In this document: positions 19,665 to 29,800 of the stretch, piece after piece
How the letters are laid out: every line of letters begins with the position of its first letter
How positions within the stretch are numbered: the stretch's first letter is position 1
Assembly: GCA_016193315.1 (NCBI GenBank)
Contig: JACPSJ010000001.1
Coordinates: 21,935-85,934, forward strand
Length of the DNA stretch: 64,000 nucleotides
Source of the DNA: Candidatus Kerfeldbacteria bacterium
GTDB taxonomy: Bacteria > Patescibacteriota > Patescibacteriia > SBBC01 > CAIJZX01
Direction: 5' to 3'
Translations under genes and position numbers: made by a program
The notes under the pieces: model-generated
Database searches by the model: none
What the model was told of the DNA's origin: nothing
Seen by the model: the letters and a program-made list of their open reading frames with translations, nothing else

Positions 19665-21307
19665 AATTCGACGACGGCAAAATCAAGGACATCCTGCAAG
19701 GCGAAAATTACGTCTCGGCCGAAGATCTGGAAAAGGGGGCGGCCTCGGCGCGAGCCCACCGGGTCAGCCTAGTAGACGCACTGCTGGCCGAGAACCTGAT
19801 CACTAAGGATCTGCTGGGGCAAGCCATCGCCGAGTCGTTCGATGTCGCCTTCCTTGACTTGTCGGCGAACCCGCCGCCGCGTGATCTGGTGACGCGGTTG
19901 CCAGCCGCGATGGCCAAGCAAGAACGAGTCGTGCTGGTGGCCGAAGAACATCACCAGGTGAAGGTGGCAACTGACGACCCGGGACGGTCGACGCTAAAGA
20001 CGAAGCTGAAGAAACTCTGGCCCCGCAAGAAGCTGGTGGTCGTGTATGCGTTGCCAGAAGACATTGATGGCATACTGAAACACTATCGGCCGCCGCTCGG
20101 CAAACGGTTCCTAGCCATTCTCCAGCAACGGCAGCGGGTGGCGCCGGAGCTGATCGATGAAATCATCGAGGACGCAGTTACCAGCCGAGCCTCCGATATC
20201 CACATCGAGCCCCAAGGTCAGGAGATCGTTGTCCGCTTCCGGGTCGATGGCGTCCTCTATGAGGCCGGCCGGATCCCGAAGCGCTACTACGAGATGCTGC
20301 TCAACCGGATCAAGATCGAAGCCCGGTTACGGATCGATGAACATTTCGCCGCCCAAGACGGCGCTATTCGTCACGAACAACGGGATCGGGTGATCGATAT
20401 GCGGGTCTCGATCGTGCCAACCTACGATGGAGAAAAGGTGGCCATCCGGCTGTTGACCGACTATGTCCGCGAGTTCACGCTCGGGCGACTGGGGTTGTCC
20501 GAACGACACCAGCAGCAGTTACTCGAAGCCGCCCGCCAGCCATTCGGCATGATTCTAGTCACTGGCCCGACCGGGTCGGGCAAAACCACCTCGCTCTACG
20601 CGTTGATGAAAGTGCTAAACGCGCCGGAGATTAACATCACCACCATTGAGGACCCCATCGAATACCAGGTCACTGGCATCAACCAAATTCAGGCCAATCC
20701 GAATACCAACTTGACGTTCGCCCAAGGCTTACGGTCGATCATTCGCCAAGACCCAGATGTGGTCTTGGTCGGCGAGATACGTGACCAAGAGACAGCGGAA
20801 ATCGCCATTAACGCCGCTCTCACCGGCCACCTGTTGCTGTCCACTTTCCATGCCAACGACGCCGCCACAGTCATCCCTCGTTTGATCGAGATGGGTGTTG
20901 AGCCGTTCCTGGTCGCCTCGACCCTGGAACTGGTCATTGCCCAGCGTCTGGTCCGGACCATTTGCCGCGTTTGCCGAGTCAGCCAGCCGGTAAACCTCGA
21001 AGCGGTGGCCGAACTATACCCGCAAATCCGACGCTACCTGCGCGGGGCCAAGACGACGCTCTACCATGGCAAGGGATGCGCTGCTTGTAACGGCACCGGC
21101 TATCAAGGTCGGACTGGTCTATTCGAAGTCATTGCCATGACACCAGCGATGGAAGAACTAATTCTTCGCCGGCCAACGACGCAGATGGTCTGGCAACGAG
21201 CCGTCCAGCAAGGATCACGATCGCTGTTCGAGGATGGGATTGATAAAGTTAAAGCCGGGAAGACTACCCTCGAGGAGCTGCTGCGCGTCGCTCCGCCGCC
21301 GTCATAA
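19661..21307 (+). CDS. pilB: type IV pilus / type II secretion assembly ATPase (PilB/GspE family)
   Basis: GSPII_E N-terminal domain, Walker A GPTGSGKTT, Asp box and His box, tetracysteine CRVCRV...CAACNGTG. Confidence 0.9.
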   Translation: MKFDDGKIKDILQGENYVSAEDLEKGAASARAHRVSLVDALLAENLITKDLLGQAIAESFDVAFLDLSANPPPRDLVTRLPAAMAKQERVVLVAEEHHQVKVATDDPGRSTLKTKLKKLWPRKKLVVVYALPEDIDGILKHYRPPLGKRFLAILQQRQRVAPELIDEIIEDAVTSRASDIHIEPQGQEIVVRFRVDGVLYEAGRIPKRYYEMLLNRIKIEARLRIDEHFAAQDGAIRHEQRDRVIDMRVSIVPTYDGEKVAIRLLTDYVREFTLGRLGLSERHQQQLLEAARQPFGMILVTGPTGSGKTTSLYALMKVLNAPEINITTIEDPIEYQVTGINQIQANPNTNLTFAQGLRSIIRQDPDVVLVGEIRDQETAEIAINAALTGHLLLSTFHANDAATVIPRLIEMGVEPFLVASTLELVIAQRLVRTICRVCRVSQPVNLEAVAELYPQIRRYLRGAKTTLYHGKGCAACNGTGYQGRTGLFEVIAMTPAMEELILRRPTTQMVWQRAVQQGSRSLFEDGIDKVKAGKTTLEELLRVAPPPS

Positions 21308-21313
21308 TCAACC

Positions 21314-22900
21314 ATGAGGAAAAACCGCGCCAGCAACGACAGCGGTTCAGGCCGGCGGACGAAGACGCGGCATCACGACTGGCCGAGTCGCACGCGGGCA
21401 CCAGGCCGACTCGGATGGTGGCGGCGTGGCTGGGGCAAGGAGCGAGAGTATCTGATTGAGAACTTAGCGATGCTCGTCGCTTCGGGGCTGGACTTAGTGT
21501 TGGCTCTCCAGTCGCTGGTCGAAGAAACACGTTCGCCGGCTGCGCGTCGAGCCCTGGTGGCTGTCCGGAGCGAGGTGGAGACCGGCCAACCGCTGTGGCG
21601 AGCGCTCGCCGGCAGCCGAGCTTTTTCAGACTACGTCATTTCGTTGATCCGCGTGGGTGAAGAAAGCGGTCGGCTGGCCGAACATCTTCAGGTGGTGGCC
21701 GAACAACTAGCCAAGGACCGGCAGTTCGCCGAGCGGGTGCGCTCGGCCATGATGTATCCGCTGATTGTATTATCGCTCACCATTGTGGTCGGCACGGGCG
21801 TGGCTTGGTTTATCTTGCCTCGTCTGGCCACAATTTTCACCCAACTCCACCGCGACCTGCCGGTGGTGACAAGGGTAATGATCGCCAGCGGTCAGTTCCT
21901 AGGGACATTTGGGTGGTTGGCGGTGCCCTTGTTCCTGTTGGCGGTGGTTGGTGTGGGGTACCTCGTCTTTGTCCATCCCAAAACAAAATTCATCGGCGAA
22001 GGGCTGCTCGATCGAATTCCTCCCCTGCGTCGCCTGACGCAGGAGGTGGAATTGGCACGGGCGGGGTACCTGTTTGGACACTTGCTGGAGGCGGGCGTGC
22101 CGATCATCGAGTCGCTGGAATCGCTCAGCCAGGCGACGACCACTCGTAAATACCGACAGTTTTACCAGCACCTGCGAGGCAGCATCGCCGATGGGCATTC
22201 CTTCCGCCATAGCTTCCGCGTCATTCCGGCCGCCAACGCCATCGTCCCAACGCCCATCCAACAGATGATTGTGGCCGGCGAGCAATCCGGTCGCCTAGCC
22301 TCGACGTGGCTCGGTATTGGCCAGCGCTTCGAAGCCAAGACGGAAACGACGGCCAAAAACCTAGCGGTCGTCATCGAGCCCGGTTTGCTTGTCGTCGTTT
22401 GGTTGGGCGTGGTCTTTGTGGCGGTGGCCGTCATTCTGCCGATCTACTCGCTGATCGGCAGCTTGGATGAGCCGCCGGCCGTGAATGGCACGTCTCGGAA
22501 CGTCACGTCTCAGCCGCCGACCGCTGAGGCCAATACCAATACCGCGCCGCCGGCCGACGATAACGTCAATGTTACGGTCAATGCCCCGAGTGAGCCCGAA
22601 CCCACACCCAACCCGCCGGTCGGCGATTCGAATGAAAATACGAATCAAAATGTGACTCCGGAGACGCCGACGACTCCGACGGCCGGCAACCAACTGACGA
22701 TTAACCAGACCAGCACTGGCTATCTTAATGTCCGACAAGGGCCGGGCCTCGGATACACGGTCCTCACCCGGGCCAAGCCTGGCCAGACGTACCCCTGGCT
22801 CCGTCTCGAAGCCGGCTGGTATGAAATCGAATTGGCCGAGGGTCAAACCGGTTGGGTTATCGGCCGGTACGTAACCGTGGCATCGAGTCAGGAACCTTGA
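21314..22900 (+). CDS. pilC: PilC/GspF-type platform protein fused to a C-terminal Pro/Thr-rich linker and an SH3b-like domain
   Basis: Two T2SSF repeats with 3 TM segments (residues ~45-370), a PT-rich low-complexity stretch, then GYLNVRQGPGLGYTVLTRAKPGQTYPWLRLEAGWYEIELAEGQTGWVIGRYV, which resembles a bacterial SH3 domain. Confidence 0.8.
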   Translation: MRKNRASNDSGSGRRTKTRHHDWPSRTRAPGRLGWWRRGWGKEREYLIENLAMLVASGLDLVLALQSLVEETRSPAARRALVAVRSEVETGQPLWRALAGSRAFSDYVISLIRVGEESGRLAEHLQVVAEQLAKDRQFAERVRSAMMYPLIVLSLTIVVGTGVAWFILPRLATIFTQLHRDLPVVTRVMIASGQFLGTFGWLAVPLFLLAVVGVGYLVFVHPKTKFIGEGLLDRIPPLRRLTQEVELARAGYLFGHLLEAGVPIIESLESLSQATTTRKYRQFYQHLRGSIADGHSFRHSFRVIPAANAIVPTPIQQMIVAGEQSGRLASTWLGIGQRFEAKTETTAKNLAVVIEPGLLVVVWLGVVFVAVAVILPIYSLIGSLDEPPAVNGTSRNVTSQPPTAEANTNTAPPADDNVNVTVNAPSEPEPTPNPPVGDSNENTNQNVTPETPTTPTAGNQLTINQTSTGYLNVRQGPGLGYTVLTRAKPGQTYPWLRLEAGWYEIELAEGQTGWVIGRYVTVASSQEP

Positions 22901-22902
22901 GT

Positions 22903-23343
22903 ATGCTGAAAGCTATGCGGTCAGGAATTACTCTGATCGAGGTCCTGTTAAGTCTCACCGTGATCGGGTTGCTCGTCGGCCTGGCCGCACCGGTCATGCA
23001 GTCCCTCCAAGCGCGTAACGACCTCGACGTGGCCGCCAACATCACCGCGCAAACGCTGCGGCGAGCGCAAGCCTTAGCTGTGGCCGTGGACGGGGACATG
23101 ATGTGGGGAGTTGTCCTCCAACCAGGGTCGGTAGTTTTGTTTCGCGGGTCGTCGTATGCGGCTCGCGAGCCGACTTTCGACGAGCAGTATGATCTCGCCC
23201 CGGCCATTACGCCGAGCGGGTTGACGGAGGTCGTATTTGCCAAGCTGACCGGTCGACCACAGGCGGTCGGCACGATCACCCTGGCTAATCCGGAGACGAG
23301 CCGGACGCTGACGGTCAACGAACTGGGGATGATTGAATACTAG
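22903..23343 (+). CDS. prepilin-type minor pilin / pseudopilin
   Basis: Class III signal MLKAMRSG|ITLIEVLLSLTVIGLL with Glu at +5. Confidence 0.7.
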   Translation: MLKAMRSGITLIEVLLSLTVIGLLVGLAAPVMQSLQARNDLDVAANITAQTLRRAQALAVAVDGDMMWGVVLQPGSVVLFRGSSYAAREPTFDEQYDLAPAITPSGLTEVVFAKLTGRPQAVGTITLANPETSRTLTVNELGMIEY

Positions 23344-23496
23344 CCTTGGCGACCCAGACGTGCTATGCCCCGGCACACGTTACCTGACCGACCCACCGCA
23401 GGTCAGATCAAACACTCCGGCTTTATCAGACACCTCGCTTTTAGTGTGATGCGACGCTCGCGAGTAAAGAGGAGAATCAACCAGCAGTCCAATACT

Positions 23497-25227
23497 ATGG
23501 TCAGGCACAGACGGCAAAATGGCTCTAGCGCGGGGTTTTCGGTGGTTGAAGTTTTGCTGGGCGTCAGCGTCTTTAGCTTATTAGTGACAGTTTTCGTTGG
23601 GGCTTACATCTACGGCCGCGAAAGCTCGCTTTTGGCCGGCCACCGTGGCCGGGCCGCGTTGGTGGCCGAGGAAGCAATGGAGGGCGTTCGCAGCATTCGT
23701 GACGGCAGTTTCGTTGACCTGACGGCCGGTGATCATGGCGTCCTCCCGATCGGCGGCCAGTGGCAGTTCTTCGGGACTAGTGTCCTGAATGATATCTTCA
23801 CCCAGCAGGTGACGATCAACGACGTCAGTCCGACGGCCAAATCAGCTGTCGCTCAAGCCACCTGGACGCAGAATCTGCAGCGGCCAGGATCCGTCAGTCT
23901 GAGCACTCGTTTGACCGACTGGCGGCGAACTGTCCGGCGAGGTGGGATGCTTATTTATGGCGATTACTCTGGGAATGACGACGTTATTCAGTACCGCCTG
24001 TTCAGCCGCGCCGGCACCTGGGGCGCCGTACAAACGGTTCCAGATTTCGGTGTACCGCTGCACCGACCGACACGCCGAGTCGAACTGTATTCCAACCCTT
24101 CGTCACGTGATGAGAAGGTGTTGGTAACGAAACATTTTGGCGGCGGGGCGGGAGATGACCTTTATCTGTATGCCCAAGTTTGGAACGGCACGACTTGGGG
24201 CAATGCCACTCAACTCGCCACTCGGAAAGACACGAACTTCCCGAGCAGTCGCGAGTTCGACGGCGACTATCTCGACGACGGTCGGTTTCTCTTGGTCTAC
24301 GGCGATGACACCAGAATCCCAAAATTCAGATTCTGGGACGGTACGGCGTGGTCATCAGCCGCCCCAACCGTTGATATCCGCGGCCGACCAGTCTGGATTG
24401 TCGTTCGGTCCCGCTCAGGGACGAACGAAGCCATGGTCGTCATTCTCGACGACCAGCGGGATACGAACACCATCTACTGGAACGGCAGCAGCTGGCTCGG
24501 CCCGGTTGAACACGGCAATAACGGGCCGGGAGCGGAATTCGACATGGTCAACTTCGTTTGGCGGCCGACCAACCCGACGCTCGGCGCGCTCGTCTACAAC
24601 GAAGGGAATGACAACCATCCAAACATCAAAGTGTGGGACAATGGAATTTGGGGCCCCAGCGTGGAAAACATCAACCTGGGGAAATCTATCCGCGCGATGC
24701 AGACCACCAGCGATCCGACGAGTGGCGATTGGCTACTCGGCGTCAAGGACAACGGCGATCGTATCAACAGCTTACTGAGTGACACCACGCCATCGTGGCA
24801 TACATTGACCAACGGACAACTGGCGGTCAAGACCGACAACGGTCCGCAGCGGAGTTTTTCGCTGGCCTTTGAAACCAACGCCGGCCAGCGGGCCATCGCC
24901 GTCTACGCCGATGGGCCGAACGCTGATGCCCTGGGGATTCCTAAGTACCGGACGTATGACCCGGCTACGAAAACCTGGGGTGCCGCCGGGAACTTGGCCG
25001 ATCTTGGTGGTCGGGCCGCAGCGCTCGAGAGCGTGGGGTTAATTCCCGACCCAGGAGGGGAGGATATCATGACGCTGATGGCCACCACCAACCAGCAGCT
25101 GTGGACGGTGCGGTGGAACGGTGCGACGCACGCTTTTTACTCGACCGGCGACGAGGCGCAGATTCGTCAAGCCACGAACGGATCTAGCGACGAAGATTTT
25201 TGGTTTGATTATGCCTGGGACAATTAA
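23497..25227 (+). CDS. large prepilin-like protein (577 aa) with a PilY1-like C-terminal repeat (putative beta-propeller) domain
   Basis: Leader MVRHRRQNGSSAG|FSVVEVLLGVSVF. The C-terminal half carries ~6 repeats of a W(N/D)G..W motif (VWNGTTWGNA, FWDGTAWSSA, YWNGSSWLGP, VWDNGIWGPS, KTWGAAGN, VRWNGATHAF). Confidence 0.65.
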   Translation: MVRHRRQNGSSAGFSVVEVLLGVSVFSLLVTVFVGAYIYGRESSLLAGHRGRAALVAEEAMEGVRSIRDGSFVDLTAGDHGVLPIGGQWQFFGTSVLNDIFTQQVTINDVSPTAKSAVAQATWTQNLQRPGSVSLSTRLTDWRRTVRRGGMLIYGDYSGNDDVIQYRLFSRAGTWGAVQTVPDFGVPLHRPTRRVELYSNPSSRDEKVLVTKHFGGGAGDDLYLYAQVWNGTTWGNATQLATRKDTNFPSSREFDGDYLDDGRFLLVYGDDTRIPKFRFWDGTAWSSAAPTVDIRGRPVWIVVRSRSGTNEAMVVILDDQRDTNTIYWNGSSWLGPVEHGNNGPGAEFDMVNFVWRPTNPTLGALVYNEGNDNHPNIKVWDNGIWGPSVENINLGKSIRAMQTTSDPTSGDWLLGVKDNGDRINSLLSDTTPSWHTLTNGQLAVKTDNGPQRSFSLAFETNAGQRAIAVYADGPNADALGIPKYRTYDPATKTWGAAGNLADLGGRAAALESVGLIPDPGGEDIMTLMATTNQQLWTVRWNGATHAFYSTGDEAQIRQATNGSSDEDFWFDYAWDN

Positions 25228-25273
25228 CTACACTCGGCCGCGACCCAGGACCCAGCCTGACAAGGTTTCAGGA

Positions 25274-25777
25274 TTGAAATCCCGGCCCAGCTTTACCCTG
25301 ATTGAACTCCTCCTCTACATCTCGCTGACCGCCATCATTACCTTCTCGGTCAGCTCCTTTCTGGTCGTGACTATCGATGCGCGGGTAAAAAACCAAACGG
25401 TAGCCGAGGTCGAGCAACAGGGTCAGACGGCGATGGTCATGATGACGCAGGCGATCAGGAACGCTCAAGGCATCAACAGCCCCGCCCTGGGAGAGGTCAC
25501 TAACACATTGTCGCTCGACGTGATCGAGGTGAGCAAAGACCCGACGACATTCACTTTGGCTGCCGGACAGCTGTGGGTGCAGGAAGGTGTAGCCCCGGCA
25601 GTGGCCCTGACGAATACCCGCATCCGGGTCATGGACATGTCGTTCATAGACTTATCACGCTCGAGCCAATCGCGCTCCGTCCGTATCAACCTCGTTCTCA
25701 ACTACTTCAATACTAGCGGCCGCAACATCCACACCTACACCAAGGTCTTTCAAGCCGCGGCTAACCCACGACCATGA
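25274..25777 (+). CDS. prepilin-like minor pilin, probably TTG-initiated
   Basis: TTG at 25274 gives MKSRPS|FTLIELLLYISL, a short leader with Glu+5. The in-frame ATG at 25211 would overlap the upstream gene by 17 nt. Confidence 0.5.
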   Translation: MKSRPSFTLIELLLYISLTAIITFSVSSFLVVTIDARVKNQTVAEVEQQGQTAMVMMTQAIRNAQGINSPALGEVTNTLSLDVIEVSKDPTTFTLAAGQLWVQEGVAPAVALTNTRIRVMDMSFIDLSRSSQSRSVRINLVLNYFNTSGRNIHTYTKVFQAAANPRP

Positions 25778-26172
25778 ACCAACGACGAAAGGGCATGATT
25801 ACGCTGATCAGCATCCTCGTCCTGGCCGCGGTCGGCGGCGCGGTGGCGGTGTCACTACTGCTGCTCGGGGTGGATGCCACCAGGACGAGTTCCAGCCGCG
25901 AGTTCTCGGCCGCGGCCCGGGCCCTGGCCAACGCCTGTGTCGAGACAGCCCTCGAGGAAATTCGTTCTTATACTCCCTTCACCACCGCCGGCACAAACCT
26001 GAACATTGGTTCTGGCACCTGCACCTACGTCGTGGCAAACACTGGCGGCTTCCGTCGCACCATCCAGGCGAGCGGGAGCATGGGGTCAGTCAGCCGCAAG
26101 GTCTTGGTCACCGTTGACCGAATCAACCCTACTATTCGGGTCACGTCTTGGCAGGAAGTGGGGGATTTCTAG
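25774..26172 (+). CDS. prepilin-like minor pilin (PilX/ComGG-like)
   Basis: MNQRRKG|MITLISILVLAAVGGAVAV; 4-bp overlap with the upstream pilin. Confidence 0.6.
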   Translation: MNQRRKGMITLISILVLAAVGGAVAVSLLLLGVDATRTSSSREFSAAARALANACVETALEEIRSYTPFTTAGTNLNIGSGTCTYVVANTGGFRRTIQASGSMGSVSRKVLVTVDRINPTIRVTSWQEVGDF

Positions 26173-26220
26173 GTCGGCGCCATACCGCTGGCCCGCCCAA
26201 TCAGGCTGTGTACAGCTCTT

Positions 26221-26253
26221 TGCTTCACAGACGAGCGCGGGTGTGCTATAATA
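26221..26253 (+). promoter_or_regulatory. extended -10 promoter upstream of the major pilin gene
   Basis: gtgTGcTATAAT at 26245..26253 (TGnTATAAT consensus); TTGCTT 21 nt upstream. Confidence 0.45.
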
Positions 26254-26308
26254 GGTGTGGTCGAGCCAGTACCTAACATCCAGATCTAGATAATCTCTCC
26301 AAACGAAA

Positions 26309-26818
26309 ATGAAACTAACCATGCCGACGCTTTCGTTACAAACCCGCCGCCATCTCCCCCGCGGGCGGGCAGGACGGGCCGGTTTTACGCTGCTCGAAAT
26401 TCTACTCGTCGTGGCGGCCATCGGTATTTTAGCGGGGATTGTCATCATAGCCATTAATCCTACCAAACAGCTCGGTGACACTCGGAACGCCCAGCGCAAA
26501 ACGGACGTCAATACGATCCTCAATGCGGTGTACCAGTACGCGGTTGACAGCGGTTCAATCCCATCGACGATCACGGACACCGCTACCGAGATTTGCGCCA
26601 CCGGCGTGGCCGCCGCTGATTGTACCACCGCCGGGCTGATTGATCTCTCAGTTCTGACCACGGCCGAGAAATACTTAGTCTCCATGCCCCAGGATCCGCA
26701 GTGTAGCACCGTTTGCGCGACCGACGGCGTCGACTACCAAATCCTCAAGACGGCCAATAACCGCGTGACGGTCAGCGCGCCGGGAGCTGAAGGAACGACC
26801 GTTTCGGTCACCCGATAA
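26309..26818 (+). CDS. pilA: type IVa major pilin candidate
   Basis: ...RAGRAG|FTLLEILLVVAAIGILAGIVIIAINP classical pilin N-terminus; Cys pairs in the C-terminal part; own promoter. Confidence 0.75.
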   Translation: MKLTMPTLSLQTRRHLPRGRAGRAGFTLLEILLVVAAIGILAGIVIIAINPTKQLGDTRNAQRKTDVNTILNAVYQYAVDSGSIPSTITDTATEICATGVAAADCTTAGLIDLSVLTTAEKYLVSMPQDPQCSTVCATDGVDYQILKTANNRVTVSAPGAEGTTVSVTR

Positions 26819-26884
26819 GTCAGGCGGCTTAAACCCACCAGATTCTCTCCGGAAAATAGCTCTCCCTGACGGGCGAGCTAGTGA

Positions 26885-29800
26885 TTGCATGCCATGTTTC
26901 CCTCCACCACCGTCCACCATCCTCCGTCATCAACACTTTCCGCGCCTCAGGTAAGCCGCCAACCGTTGACCGGCCGACAAGTGATCGTGCGCTTAGCCAG
27001 CGCCGCGGTTTCTTATCTGGGCTTGTTTACCTTGATCGGCTGGGCGGGGGAACTCGAAACATTCAAGAGCGTCTTACCCGGGACGTTACCAACGAACCCG
27101 TTGCTGGCCGTGTCCTTAATCTTTCTCGGCGGCGCGATGTGGCTAGCGGAAGATCGTTCCCGGGCCGAGCTGCAGCGGCTAAGCGGCGTTTTGTCTGGCA
27201 CAGTGGTGGCCGTGGCGATACTGCGGCTGGTGGCCTGGCTGGGGCTCGATCTGGGTATCGATCAAGCCATCTTCCCCAGAGCGGTTAGCTCGTATGTCCC
27301 GCCCATCCGGATCGGCATCGCCACCGCGGTTGGTCTCCTCACGGGGTCGACGGCGCTGGCCTTCCTCCGCCTCGGCCACCAACGGTGGTTGCGGCCGGCG
27401 CAGTGGTTATCGTTCCTAACGGCAACATTGGCCAGCCTGGCCCTGATCGGACATCTTTACGGCGTCACCGCACCCGTACCGATCGGTCTAGTTTCCGCTG
27501 TCGGCCTGTTGATTGTTGGTCTCGGCCTGCTGGCCAGCGATCCACTCCGCCAGCTGCCAGGCTTAGGTCTGGCCACGAAAGTCAGTCTAGCCGTCGGATT
27601 CTTCGGCCTGGTCAGCATGGCCGTCGCCAGCTACTCGGTCTACGGCAAGACGATTCGTGATCTCGAGCAGTCGCTCGGCCAGCAACAAGAAGTCGCGGCG
27701 GCTAACACGATGCAGAAGATTGACCGTTTGCTGGAAGAGGCGTTGGAGGATATCGAATTGATCAGCACTGATAACGCCCTAGTCGCGTCCTTGTCTAGTT
27801 CGCCAACAGACACAGACGTTAGCTCTCGTCTCAGCACGCTGGCCGGCGCCACTGGGCCGTGGTCGATGTTGAGTGTCGTCGGATCGGACTTTCAGCTGGT
27901 GTCCTCGACGAGCCCTTCGTTTTCATCAACCTCGACGGCCCTCACGACCGAAGGCCGGCGTGTCTTGACGTCGGCGCGGCTGCGATTGGTATCTTACAGC
28001 GATGTCATCCCACCCACCCGCCAGCGCTCACCAACCGTTATCCTGGCCGCGCCAGTCTTGGCCACTGCTCCTGATCGCCCCCTCCTCGGGGTGGCGGTCG
28101 GCGAGATAGATTGGTCCGGGGTGACCAAGACGTTACGCGACGTCCGTGATGGCACGGTCCAGCTCTACGACCGCCGCGGGATCATGGTGGCCACGAATGA
28201 TGTCGGTCGGCAGCGCTTGGCGTGGCGAGCAAATTTTCGCGGCCACCGGGCGGTGGATCAAGCGCTGCGCGGGCGAGTCGGGTCAGAGATTGGTTCGGGG
28301 CTAGTCCCGGAGTCGATTGGTCAAGCCCCACCAACGCTCGCGGTAGGCGAATTAACTGCCGGTTCGGAAGCAACGTCACAACAAACACTCGTTTCCTACG
28401 TGCCGCAGCGTGGGTACCTCGAGTATCGCGGCAGTGGCTGGGCTTTGACCCTGGAGACGAAAACCGGCTCCGTGGTGACGGCGGCGCTGCAGACCGCTTC
28501 CCAAGTAGCTCTGACCACTGCGGTTTTAGTCAGCCTACTGATTGTGTCCTTGCTACTCGTGCTGCGGACGTTCCTTCATCCCGTGGCCCGACTGACCGCC
28601 GGCGCCCGCGGCTTAGCGGCTGGCAATTTTGCTCAGCGAGTGGCGGCCGACACTGATGACGAACTCGGCCAGCTAGCGGCGGCATTTAACACCATGGCCA
28701 CCCGCCTCCAGGAGCTCTACCGACGACTTGATGATAAAGTCCATCGGCGGACGGCACAGCTGGTGGAGAAAGTAGAGTTCATCTCCCGCCAAAATCTCCT
28801 GCTACAGGAAGCACGTCGAGCGATGTCAAAGGTGGTCCAAGAATTACAAACCGACAAGGCGAGGATCGCCGAAGAGCAGGCCAAAGACCAAGCCATGCTA
28901 GCCAGCATCGGCGATGGGGTGGCCATCACCGATGCCGAGGGGAAGGTAGTAATGTTGAATCAGTCCGCGGAACGACTGCTGGGGTGGACCGTCGCCGAAG
29001 CGATCGGCCAGCGTTACGATCAGGTGGCCCCGCTGGTTGACGACCGTGGTCGAGAAGTCCCGCTCCTGGAACGGCATTTCTACCAATCGCTGCAAACCGG
29101 CGCGGTCACGTCGTTACCAGTCATCGCTTCCCGCTCATTCTATCGGCGGAGAGATGGGACCAAGTTTCCGATGGCGGGCATTACCACCCCGATCCATCTC
29201 CACCATCGAATCATCGGCGCCATTACCGTCTTCCGCGACATTACCCAGGAAAAAGCTGTTGATCGCGCCAAGACGGAATTTGTGTCCCTCGTCTCACATC
29301 AACTCCGGACCCCGATTTCATCAATCAATTGGCTGACCGAGCTACTCCTGACCGGTGAAATTGGTCGCCTGACTCGAGACCAACGTCAAGTGGTCGGCGA
29401 AATCGCTTCCGCCAGCCACCGCGTGATCGAGATGGTCACGACGTTCCTCAACGCGACACGATTAGAACTCGGTACGCTGGTGGTCGAACCGGAGCCGGTC
29501 GACGTCAGCCGCCTGGTGACATCGATTTTCCAGGAGCTGGAGCCGGTCGTCAAGCACAAGCGTTTGCAGATGGAACAACGCCAGGTCGGTCCAGGGACGC
29601 CGGTGCCGGCCGATCCGACCCTGATGCGCATCATCGTTCAGAATTTGCTCACCAACGCCGTCGTCTACTCCCGCCCCGGTGGCAAGGTTCGGGTGACCGT
29701 AACGAACCGTAGTCCCCAGGCCAGGCCGGCGCCGGACGCCCAGGGAGTGATGATCTTGGAAGTAGCCGATAATGGCATCGGCATCCCGACCGAACAACAG

